Source: Candidatus Undinarchaeales archaeon
GTDB taxonomy: Archaea; SpSt-1190; JASMDC01
Assembly (NCBI GenBank): GCA_030753015.1
Contig: JASMDC010000010.1
Coordinates: forward strand, 1-64,000
DNA length: 64,000 nucleotides
Reading direction: 5' to 3'
Shown here: piece by piece, positions 48,301-56,153 of the stretch
Layout: every line of letters begins with the position of its first letter
Position numbering within the stretch: the first letter of the stretch is position 1
Notes under the pieces: model-generated
What the model saw: only the letters and a program-made list of their open reading frames with translations
What the model was told of the DNA's origin: nothing
The model's database searches: none
Translations under genes and position numbers: made by a program

Positions 48301-50043
48301 CGAGGCGGTGGTCCCCTGGGCCGCAGCGGATACCGATCCCTTCTGAGTAGTGTTGGGGGGCGTGTAGGTCACAAGGGCCATACCGTTCTTCGTCTCGACC
48401 GTCCGATCCGTTGATGTCCCCTCGCTCCACATGTCGTCGCTGAAGGCGGTCGACAGGACAACTTCCGCATCCACGGGCACGCCATCGGGCGTTTTGGTGA
48501 TGACCAGGAGGTCAAAGGGCAGCCCGGGCTTGATCGTCGGGCTCTCGGCGATGAGCTGGATGACCAGCGGCGACTCGACGACCTTCAGAAGACGGGATTC
48601 CTTCTCCTCGTGGTCGCCCGTGTCGGTGACGGTGATGTTGAGCATCAGCGAGCCCGCCCCTCCGGCGCCCACGGTCCCTGCAGCGAAACCAGCGGCAGCG
48701 AGATCGAACTCGGTGTTCCCCTCATCATCGAGCTCGGCGGTGTATGTAGCGTACTCCTCCCACACCCCGCGGTACACCGACGCTACGATCTCGGCCGTCC
48801 CCTTCACGGGCTTGCCAAAGAAGTAATTTCCTGACACCGAGCCCTTAACCTTCTCGTCGACGAGCACCCATTCCTTCTCCATGTCGACCTCGATCTTGAA
48901 CTTGGGGAGCACGTACTTCTCCACGCGCACGTCCACCGTCGCCTCGGCGTCGCCCGATGTCGCCGTGACCTTCCAGGTGCCAAGGTTGAGCTCGGTGGCC
49001 AGTGGGAGGTCGAAGGACAAAGAGCCCCAGCCGGAGGACGTGTCCACCTTCTTGAAGACCTTGATGCCCTTCGCGTCCTGGACGCTCACCTCGAGGGGTG
49101 CTGACACGGGGCGAAGCTCGGCATCGAGCACCAGCACGCGGCCGCGGATCGTCTGTCCCGGCTTGTAGATCGGCTTGTCCGTCTCGATGAACAGCAGGCG
49201 TCCGACCTTGATGGAAACGTCGCCGGTCAGGTGGTCCGGGCCGGACTCGATTATGAGTCGGTAACCGCCCTCGGGCACATCAGGGACGGTGAAGGGAGCG
49301 AGCACGTGGCCGTCGGTACCGGTCTTCCCCTCGTAGACCATGGAGGGGGGTTCGTCGTCCTTGTTGAGGAGGAGGAGGGTGATAGGGGTGTCCGGGACAG
49401 GGCCCCCTTTCTCATCTGTGACGGTGACCGTAGCGGCCGCGCTCCCTCCAGCGTAGAGTGTATCAGTGGTGACGAGCATGACCCGGTGGTCGGTGGCAGG
49501 GATGAGCGTCGTGGCGGTCGTACCCTTGATGTCCACGGCATGGGCGGCCAGTTCCGTCGTGTGCTCCTTGAACCGGGCGAGCAGGTCGGTACAGAGCGCG
49601 GTCTGGTCCCGGCCCCAACCGGCCACGACGATCGCGTAACGATTATCGGAGAGCCTGTTCTTGTACGCGCGCACCACGGCCCGCGGCTCTGTACAAGGCC
49701 AGGTTCGACCTGCACAGAAGTCCCACTTGGTGAGCCTGAGCTCTCGGGCGAAGCTGTTGACGGCGGGCCCGCCCACTACGATGAGATGGGCCTCCTGCCG
49801 GCTCCATGGCGTCAACTGGTCATCAGCGGACGAGATGGCGTCGAAGCCTGCGGCACGCAAACCCTTCTCCAGGGCCTTTGCAGCGGTCTCGTCATCAGCG
49901 TGGGCGGATGCGCCCCAGACGACGATCACCGTGTCGTCACCTATTCCCGCGATGGCCTCGTTGACGGACACTGCGGCAAGTCCCTGGCTGCATATCAGTG
50001 CCAAGATCAATAGGAAATGGAACGGTCGTACTCGGGCTCCCAT
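45391..50043 (-). CDS. alpha-2-macroglobulin/thioester protein (TEP) with an N-terminal S-layer-like domain
   Basis: ETDKPIYKPGQT, EKYVLPKF, VRQFFPETWMW, PDSITTW, GCGEQ, DGSFSAFG, WLTAFV, GGYGSTQDT, VAVPTGF, YAYYNP. Confidence 0.95.
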   Translation of the reverse strand: MGARVRPFHFLLILALICSQGLAAVSVNEAIAGIGDDTVIVVWGASAHADDETAAKALEKGLRAAGFDAISSADDQLTPWSRQEAHLIVVGGPAVNSFARELRLTKWDFCAGRTWPCTEPRAVVRAYKNRLSDNRYAIVVAGWGRDQTALCTDLLARFKEHTTELAAHAVDIKGTTATTLIPATDHRVMLVTTDTLYAGGSAAATVTVTDEKGGPVPDTPITLLLLNKDDEPPSMVYEGKTGTDGHVLAPFTVPDVPEGGYRLIIESGPDHLTGDVSIKVGRLLFIETDKPIYKPGQTIRGRVLVLDAELRPVSAPLEVSVQDAKGIKVFKKVDTSSGWGSLSFDLPLATELNLGTWKVTATSGDAEATVDVRVEKYVLPKFKIEVDMEKEWVLVDEKVKGSVSGNYFFGKPVKGTAEIVASVYRGVWEEYATYTAELDDEGNTEFDLAAAGFAAGTVGAGGAGSLMLNITVTDTGDHEEKESRLLKVVESPLVIQLIAESPTIKPGLPFDLLVITKTPDGVPVDAEVVLSTAFSDDMWSEGTSTDRTVETKNGMALVTYTPPNTTQKGSVSAAAQGTTASLDLTLAYSPSSSFIHLAQKTRGVIGIGTLFEAEAHATFPGTTFYDVVAGGRTVFSGASDGNAISFAVTPTMAPSAKIVAYRINPDSEVAADTLPFDVELKLPVELTAEFDKDEAAPGDTVTVSFDAQRRSEIGFAIVDESVFALSEGRLNLRQVFDELERRFMEPSAEAHPKPDINRWGPSYKPPQGAWETLEEAGLIVLASDDLVVPRTQEADIGMRGGMAPGGLFEEAMEFDMVEKAVMAVPKRMMAAAPMEKKTQAADDSDGQELAEVERVRQFFPETWMWVPDLETADDGTATMSLSVPDSITTWRLHAVSSSSAGLGIAEGSLKVFQEFFADPDLPYAVIRGEEFPVKVQVYNYLGVPQKVQVTLEGGDWYDLVSGADAEVEVEPSGVRSVTYVIRPTKVGTRKVRITARGPNKADAVVKTLIVDPEGTRRESVENAMLSAGQRTDVDVSMPVDLVPDSDKVLVHVTPSLAAQAITGVENLLTLPTGCGEQTMIRMAPNTEMLRYLKQSDQLTPEIRAKSEFLMQTGYQRELTFQRTDGSFSAFGNSDPEGSLWLTAFVLMTFSGARELMTIDEGVMDRTADWIVSHQGADGSWAPVGFLCHKDLSGGLSGTFGLTAYTVLALSDYGRAPSGVLDKARSYLEAELDSAKSDAYALSIAGLALNRLASPDAERAADMVLDLSQVGEKGTSFGAPVTEGKDLHVQPATVAVETASYAAILLMELKRPEAAGIVKWIHSQRNSRGGYGSTQDTVMAFKTLMLAARSQAREVDLSVRVLADGTEVAALDVNQDNFDVLQTVEVPSGTATVSLVGDGSGEVSTQVVSIWHEPALLEAAPTPDLDLQVTYDTADVAVSALIDVDVSVTYRGSGSSTGMLLVDVAVPTGFAANPGSLDTLLEDGTIMRFETAGRKIVLYIDDLPRDKELALSFKMMSLFPVKAKIPVSKAYAYYNPAITAESAAGEVTVAG

Positions 50044-50162
50044 ACCAGATTGATAGGCTTGCAGGGCTTAAAAACCGGCGTGTTTTTCTAGGGTTGACAC
50101 CACACGGTCGTTCATAACGGAAAGAAAACGTTTTTATAGAGCCTCTGGGGCTCGGCGTCCTC

Positions 50163-50909
50163 GTGGACGCCGGGTATGATATCGTGCTTAGTGACTTCGA
50201 CGGCACGATATACCACGAGGGCAAGATAGATCCCGAGGTCGTCGAGGCCTTCCGCCGAGAGCACGAGGAAGGACGACGTGTAGGGATCGTCACCGGGGCA
50301 GGTGTTGACCACGTTCTTGACTGCCTCGAGGAGACCGGTGCCACTGAAATGCTCCAGTACGTCGACTTCATCGCCACCCAGTCGGCGGCCGAGTTCCACA
50401 CCCTTGAGAACGGTGAGGTGACCGAGAGCATCTACCTCGTGACCGATGAGGTCCGGGACCTCGTGGCCGAGCTCCACCCCCGGTTCGAGGAGATCTGCGG
50501 AGGGTCCACTTTCAACTGGGGCGGATCCCTCGGGTACATCACCGGCGACGATATCGAGCGACGCGACAGCATCGCCAAAGAGCTCAGGGAAGAGTTCTCA
50601 CCTTACGGGCTCAAGGTGCAGACCTGGGCCACCGGTGTAGGCATCTCCCCGGTGACCAAGTACGACGGACTGGACCGGTACTTTACCGAGCATGAGGGTG
50701 AGATACCAGTTGCTCTCGCTCTCGGCGATAGCGAGAACGATGTCCCGCTATTCACCTTTGCCAAGGAGCACGGTGGGTACGCTGGTCAGGTGGGGAACGG
50801 TCGAGACCTTGATTTCCCGGTCGACTACAAGGCGACGGCACACGCTGGTGCGGGCGTGGCCGAAATCATCGATCACTACCGCGATATGCCGGACGGGTAC
50901 GCTCTCTAA
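50163..50909 (+). CDS. HAD-superfamily hydrolase (Cof-like)
   Basis: SDFDGT, VTG, TK.DG, GDSEND. Confidence 0.85.
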   Translation: MDAGYDIVLSDFDGTIYHEGKIDPEVVEAFRREHEEGRRVGIVTGAGVDHVLDCLEETGATEMLQYVDFIATQSAAEFHTLENGEVTESIYLVTDEVRDLVAELHPRFEEICGGSTFNWGGSLGYITGDDIERRDSIAKELREEFSPYGLKVQTWATGVGISPVTKYDGLDRYFTEHEGEIPVALALGDSENDVPLFTFAKEHGGYAGQVGNGRDLDFPVDYKATAHAGAGVAEIIDHYRDMPDGYAL

Positions 50910-50910
50910 A

Positions 50911-51059
50911 CCTAATCCTTCGTGTCCCGGGAAGGGCACCATGTGTCGCACCATAGCGTGATACTGAGTGTCGCTGGATGCTGAAGGGGCATCACCAATA
51001 CGTTACGGTCGCTCCTAATGTGCCCATGGAAGTGCCAAGATGTGTCGCACTATAGCGTG
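50911..51059. repeat. degenerate intergenic direct repeat (2 copies, 99-bp period)
   Basis: ATGTGTCGCACYATAGCGTG at 50941-50960 and 51040-51059. Confidence 0.75.
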
Positions 51060-51142
51060 TCACGAGGATACGCCCACCAGTGATTAACTATTTATACCGC
51101 TTTACCTGCCGAATCCGGCTGTCAGTCAGACGGTGATATACC

Positions 51143-52378
51143 ATGCGCGACCTGATCGATCGGTTCCTGGATTATGTCAAGGTGGAGACTACCTCGGACG
51201 AGGGGTCTGATACCTTCCCGAGCACCCCCGGGCAGAGGGTGCTGGGGCAGAAGCTGGTGGACGAACTGCATGGACTGGGCCTCACCGATGCCGCTATGGA
51301 CGCGAACGGCTACGTGTTCGCCACGCTGTCGGGCAATCTCGCTGACAACTCCGCAGTCCCTGTCGTGGGATTGCTTGCTCACATGGATACATCCGACGGA
51401 GCATCAGGCAAGGACGTGAATCCCATCGTGCACCGCGATTATCAGGGTGGTGATATCGTGCTGCCCGGCGATCCGTCAGTGGTCATCACCGAGGCCGACA
51501 ACCCGGACCTCGCAAACTACGTTGGCCAGGACATAATAACCGCCGACGGTACCACGCTCCTAGGCGCAGACGACAAGGCCGGTATCGCCGAGACCATGAC
51601 CGCTGTGGAGTACCTGCTCGCCCACCCGGAGATCAAGCACGGGGACATCCGCATCGGGTTCACACCGGACGAGGAGATCGGCCAAGGGACCGACCACTTC
51701 GACGTGGCGGCCTTCGGAGCCGACGTGGCCTACACCATCGACGGCGGCCGCCTCGGCGAGCTGGAGAACGAGAACTTCAACGCCGCTACTGCCGTGTACA
51801 CCATCAATGGCGTGAACGTCCACCCTGGTGACGCCTACGGGAAGATGAAGAACGCCGCTCTCATCGCCGGTGAGCTCTCACAAATGCTGCCCGCTGACGA
51901 GACGCCCGCAACCACCCGTGACAGGGAGGGCTTCTTCCACCTCTACGATATGAAGGCCGATGAATCCGAGGGGACGCTCAAGTACCTCGTCAGGGACCAT
52001 GACGCCGCGAAGTTCGAGGAACGGAAGGACCAGCTCCAGCTGTACGCCGACTTCCTCAACGTCGTGTACGGTGCCGGCACCATAGAGCTCACAATCACCG
52101 ACTCCTACAAGAACATGAAAGAGGTGCTTGACCAGCACCCCGAGGCCACCGAGAACGCAGCAGTGGCCTACCGACGGGCCGGTGTGGATCCCGAGATCGT
52201 TCCGATCCGAGGCGGGACCGATGGCGCTCGCCTCTCGTTCATGGGGCTGCCCTGTCCGAACGTGTTCACCGGTGGCCACAACTACCACGGGAAGCTCGAG
52301 TACATCCCGGTCCGGTCCATGGAGAAGGCTGTCGAGGTCATCGTCAACATCGCCGAGGTCTACGCCGAGGGCGTATAG
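51143..52378 (+). CDS. pepT: peptidase T (tripeptide aminopeptidase)
   Basis: AHMDT, LGADDKAG, FTPDEEIG, ENFNAA, PIRGGTDG, NYHG. Confidence 0.95.
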   Translation: MRDLIDRFLDYVKVETTSDEGSDTFPSTPGQRVLGQKLVDELHGLGLTDAAMDANGYVFATLSGNLADNSAVPVVGLLAHMDTSDGASGKDVNPIVHRDYQGGDIVLPGDPSVVITEADNPDLANYVGQDIITADGTTLLGADDKAGIAETMTAVEYLLAHPEIKHGDIRIGFTPDEEIGQGTDHFDVAAFGADVAYTIDGGRLGELENENFNAATAVYTINGVNVHPGDAYGKMKNAALIAGELSQMLPADETPATTRDREGFFHLYDMKADESEGTLKYLVRDHDAAKFEERKDQLQLYADFLNVVYGAGTIELTITDSYKNMKEVLDQHPEATENAAVAYRRAGVDPEIVPIRGGTDGARLSFMGLPCPNVFTGGHNYHGKLEYIPVRSMEKAVEVIVNIAEVYAEGV

Positions 52379-52461
52379 GCCGCCTTCCGAAGAAGTAATC
52401 CCTCCGACAGTTGTCAGGATTCCTATGACCGTGGGTTCTCGGGGACCGAGTGGGCTAGCTG

Positions 52462-53508
52462 CTAACCTTTGGTGAGGATACCGCCAGCTACGAGGCGCTG
52501 CTTCGGATCATTGAGCTGTGCTATGAGGAACCTGTCGTCAGCACGATAGGCGAGCTCTCTTGCGGTCGTCAGCGTGACCGTGCACGTGCTGCCAGGAGGC
52601 GCCTTGTCCGTCTCCTTCCCATCGACCACGATACGTGCCACGGTGGCAGGCGAGGACTGGAGACCGACGAACAGGTGGACCGTATCGCGTAGAGCGAGCC
52701 TGGATGTGAAGGGTGAGAGCCGTGTTTCAATCTCGAACTTGTTACCGATGCTCTCCTGCGCCGAGATGAGATACCCCCGGTCGAAGTCCTTGGCCCGGCC
52801 GCCCTTGAGGCATAGGCCCACACGCGTCCCGGCAGGGGCCTTGTCCACATCCTCGTCATTGCATTGGATGGAGCGTATCTCGACACCGAACTCCGGGGGG
52901 TAGACCGTCATCGCGTCACGCTTGGCGACCACACCACGGTCCACGTGACCGAGGATGACGCACCCGACGCCTTTTACCGTGAAGAAGTGGTCCACAATGA
53001 CCCGTGCGGGGCCATCGATGAGCTTGGCACGGTCCTCCTTGGCCACGACAGTCAGCTCGGCAAGGCGCTCGTGGAGCAGGTCCATCCCGGAGAAGGTTGT
53101 GGATGAGACCGGGACGATTCCCCAATCCTCCATGGACGTCCCCTTAACGACCGTGGAGACATTGTCGGCCAGCTCCGTCAGGGCCACGGGGAAGGACTCG
53201 TCCGCACGGGTGAGGACGATCAGACCGCGCTGCTTCTCGAGCAGGTCCATCGCTACGATGCACTCGCCGGTCCGGGCCGTGAGGCCGGAGGATGGGACGC
53301 ATACGATGACGATATCGGCCATGTTCACCGCCTGGACCAGACTCTTGATCGATTCCGGGTACTTCTTCACGTCAACGAAGGTGAACACACTATCGCCCTT
53401 TACGAGGTTGTAGAAGGTGATGTCCGAGTCGGTCCCCTTCTTTCCGAGCCTCCCAGCGAGTGTTGATACGCCCACGCCTTCGTCGCCCACAATGGCCACT
53501 GTCGTCAT
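52462..53508 (-). CDS. SelB/EF-Tu-like protein (archaeal, degenerate G domain)
   Basis: LGKKGTDSDIT, VDHFFTVKGVGCVILG, IRSIQ, GTRVGL. Confidence 0.85.
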   Translation of the reverse strand: MTTVAIVGDEGVGVSTLAGRLGKKGTDSDITFYNLVKGDSVFTFVDVKKYPESIKSLVQAVNMADIVIVCVPSSGLTARTGECIVAMDLLEKQRGLIVLTRADESFPVALTELADNVSTVVKGTSMEDWGIVPVSSTTFSGMDLLHERLAELTVVAKEDRAKLIDGPARVIVDHFFTVKGVGCVILGHVDRGVVAKRDAMTVYPPEFGVEIRSIQCNDEDVDKAPAGTRVGLCLKGGRAKDFDRGYLISAQESIGNKFEIETRLSPFTSRLALRDTVHLFVGLQSSPATVARIVVDGKETDKAPPGSTCTVTLTTARELAYRADDRFLIAQLNDPKQRLVAGGILTKG

Positions 53509-53574
53509 CGATACGAGCACACGCCCAAAGAGGTAAAAACCTATTGCCAGCGACAGTCCGCGACGCACGGACAA

Positions 53575-54483
53575 CTAGAAGATTATATGGAAGATGTACT
53601 CCGTGGCCTCGACCTCGACGATGGCGGCCGTGAAGAGAATCACGAAAGCGCAGAGATAGGCGGGGGCGAGGCGGGCCGCGACGTCACGGGGACCCTCTGT
53701 AGCGTCCTTATCGACCAGCAGCCAGAATAGTGTACGCCACAAGGTCACGAACACGGCGGCAATCAGGAATATACCGGGGAGCTCGAGCACGCCGTGTGGT
53801 ACGAGCAGGGGGATGGTCATGGGGAAAGGAAGGTCCTCGTCCCCAGCAACGACAGAACCGACGACATATCCGTTGACCACCATCGACATCAGGGGCATGA
53901 AGCAGGCGGCAGCGGCCATCAGGGCGACAGCGACATAAGCGAGCCACCCACGCTCTGACATGGGACGAAGCCAATGAAAGAAACGGGCGACAAGGTAGAG
54001 CATCAGGCCCGGGAGCGTGAACGAGAAGGAGGACATCCCGAAGTTGTTGAGGAACAGGAAGATGTACGAGAGCGTGAACCCGCCATCCTCGGTCTCCTCG
54101 ATGACCTTGTCGGCCAGGGGCGAGGCCTCCAGCAATGAGCGGATGATTTCGAAGTCGATGGGCCAAATGACTCCCACAAGGGCCATCGCGATGAACAGGC
54201 TCGCAAGCGCGGTCCAGGTCCTTCGCAACCGTCGCACCGACCCGAGCATCCTTGCAGGGCCCGTACCGAGTGCTGCGGCCAGCCCCATGAACAGGGCACC
54301 AGCTGAAAGGACCGCGGCCCCGAGGCCGTGGGCGACCTTTATCATTAGCAGGGATGTATCATCGGGACCGATGCGGCCGTCCCACACACGGGCGCCGATG
54401 GAATGGTGGACGAGAAGGAGCGTGACCACTGCAACGATGGTCCTTATCTGCCTGTCCGTGGTCTCGTCCCCGCTGGTCGGCAT
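53575..54483 (-). CDS. SpoIIM/DUF95 family membrane protein
   Basis: LFLNN, NG..VG, PHGVLELP, AAIVE. Confidence 0.8.
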   Translation of the reverse strand: MPTSGDETTDRQIRTIVAVVTLLLVHHSIGARVWDGRIGPDDTSLLMIKVAHGLGAAVLSAGALFMGLAAALGTGPARMLGSVRRLRRTWTALASLFIAMALVGVIWPIDFEIIRSLLEASPLADKVIEETEDGGFTLSYIFLFLNNFGMSSFSFTLPGLMLYLVARFFHWLRPMSERGWLAYVAVALMAAAACFMPLMSMVVNGYVVGSVVAGDEDLPFPMTIPLLVPHGVLELPGIFLIAAVFVTLWRTLFWLLVDKDATEGPRDVAARLAPAYLCAFVILFTAAIVEVEATEYIFHIIF

Positions 54484-54603
54484 TCCCACACCAACGGAGG
54501 GGAAGCAAACGGTTTAATCTGCTTTGGTCCGGCGCCCCAAAAAGTTATCACTTCCCCGTGATAAAATATATAACGGGCAGATGGCTGATCTCATTCACTC
54601 GCC

Positions 54604-55215
54604 ATGGAGCTCGGGGATACGACGTTCGGCATCGGCCTCCATCATGACGAGTGCTACGTGGGCGCCGGGGCCGTGTACTCGGAAGCGTACCAGTTCTACC
54701 AGGCCACACCGGTAAAAGACGGCGTACTCCTCTACCCTCACCATGATCCTAACCTCGAGGAGGCCTACGTTCACGGTCCTTACAAGTCCGAGTTCAACAC
54801 CGGAAAGGTCGAATCGGAACGACAGCTCGCGAGCGTCTTTCCCAGCGCGTCGTACCGCAACGATATCCTCTCACGCTACTCTGACCTCGTCATCACCGGT
54901 GGCGACGCCCGTCACTGCATGGCGAACATGCTAGAAGAGCTCATCGAGAACAGCGACCGTGAAAGGGACATCTACCTCGTGTCCGATGCGATCTACGACT
55001 CCTGCAAGACAATGGACCGGCAGCTCGAGAAGCAGAACGCAGCGGAGCGACTGTTCAACAACGGCTCCCACTACGGTGCTTTCGAGCAGCTGAAGGTGCG
55101 CACACCCATCGACGTGTACGAGATCGACGGAACGGTCACCCATATCGACGGTGAGCGGGGCAGGCCGACGGTCCGCGTGCACGTGACAAGCATCGAGGAC
55201 GTCATCGACAGATAA
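54604..55215 (+). CDS. hypothetical protein, possibly cysteine-hydrolase (isochorismatase-like)
   Basis: VITGGDARHC...YLVSDA resembles the isochorismatase catalytic region. Confidence 0.55.
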   Translation: MELGDTTFGIGLHHDECYVGAGAVYSEAYQFYQATPVKDGVLLYPHHDPNLEEAYVHGPYKSEFNTGKVESERQLASVFPSASYRNDILSRYSDLVITGGDARHCMANMLEELIENSDRERDIYLVSDAIYDSCKTMDRQLEKQNAAERLFNNGSHYGAFEQLKVRTPIDVYEIDGTVTHIDGERGRPTVRVHVTSIEDVIDR

Positions 55216-55292
55216 TGTCCGGACGGACCGGCGCGGAGCCGTAGCTTATTTAAGCCCAATCGCACTTCCTGCACTCACCTGGCGAGAGAGAG

Positions 55293-56099
55293 ATGGTGCG
55301 AGATCTCAAGGAGGACCGTGAGCGGTTACTACGATTCGGACAGGGGGACAGCCCCGTCATCCTAACTGTACCGCACGGCGGCACGACACCCATCCCCGGC
55401 ATCGATGGACGGCGTGGGGACCCGAATATCCCTGGGGACTGGGAATACTTCACCGACATGGATGTGAACACGTTCCAGCTCGGGGAGCTGGTGAGGGCGC
55501 GGATGGCCAAGCATGAGGTGATCCCCTTCACGGTCATCACCATGGCGAGCAGGCGGGACCTGGACATCAACAGGAGCTGGGACCACAATCTCCGCGGATA
55601 CGAGGCCGCGGGCGTGCCGGAGGATGGGATACGACGAGCTAAACGCGTGTTCGACGGTTTCCATGACACGATAGCAGAGTACATCGGAGATATCCGGGAG
55701 CGGTTCGGGCCGAACCTCGTGGAGAACGCGTTCCTCATCGACCTTCACGGGACACATCTTGCCAGCGACGCCCAGATCGAGCTGGGAACCCTGCATGGCG
55801 TATCGGCCAAGCTCGAGCTCGTCTACCCTGTAGCGTACACCGTGCCCACGCTCTGGGATGCCTTCGCCAAAGCGGGCTTCAGGCTCTCCGGGGAGCCTGT
55901 CCCCGAGGGAGAGGACCTTGAGGGTTGCTTCGTGTCAGCACACCACGGGCGGAAGAATCCGGGCGGTCTCAATGCCGTGCTCGTCGAGGTTGACATAAGC
56001 CTCCGTCAGGAGGAGGAGCTCCCACGGACGGCAGCTCGCATCGGTGACGTCCTGGCAGGTTCCGTCCGCGCAGCGATATTGCGTGCGGACGACGTGTAA
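55293..56099 (+). CDS. N-formylglutamate amidohydrolase-like protein
   Basis: ILTVPHGG, D.NT, SRRDLDINR, IDLHG, AVLVE. Confidence 0.8.
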   Translation: MVRDLKEDRERLLRFGQGDSPVILTVPHGGTTPIPGIDGRRGDPNIPGDWEYFTDMDVNTFQLGELVRARMAKHEVIPFTVITMASRRDLDINRSWDHNLRGYEAAGVPEDGIRRAKRVFDGFHDTIAEYIGDIRERFGPNLVENAFLIDLHGTHLASDAQIELGTLHGVSAKLELVYPVAYTVPTLWDAFAKAGFRLSGEPVPEGEDLEGCFVSAHHGRKNPGGLNAVLVEVDISLRQEEELPRTAARIGDVLAGSVRAAILRADDV

Positions 56100-56153
56100 A
56101 AGAAGGGTGACCGGGAGCGAAGGACACCCCCGACCTTTCCGGTGACGAGGTCG

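Noticed and set aside
50941-51059. Possible CRISPR mini-array
   Set aside because: Only two copies, a 79-bp gap longer than typical spacers, and no cas genes
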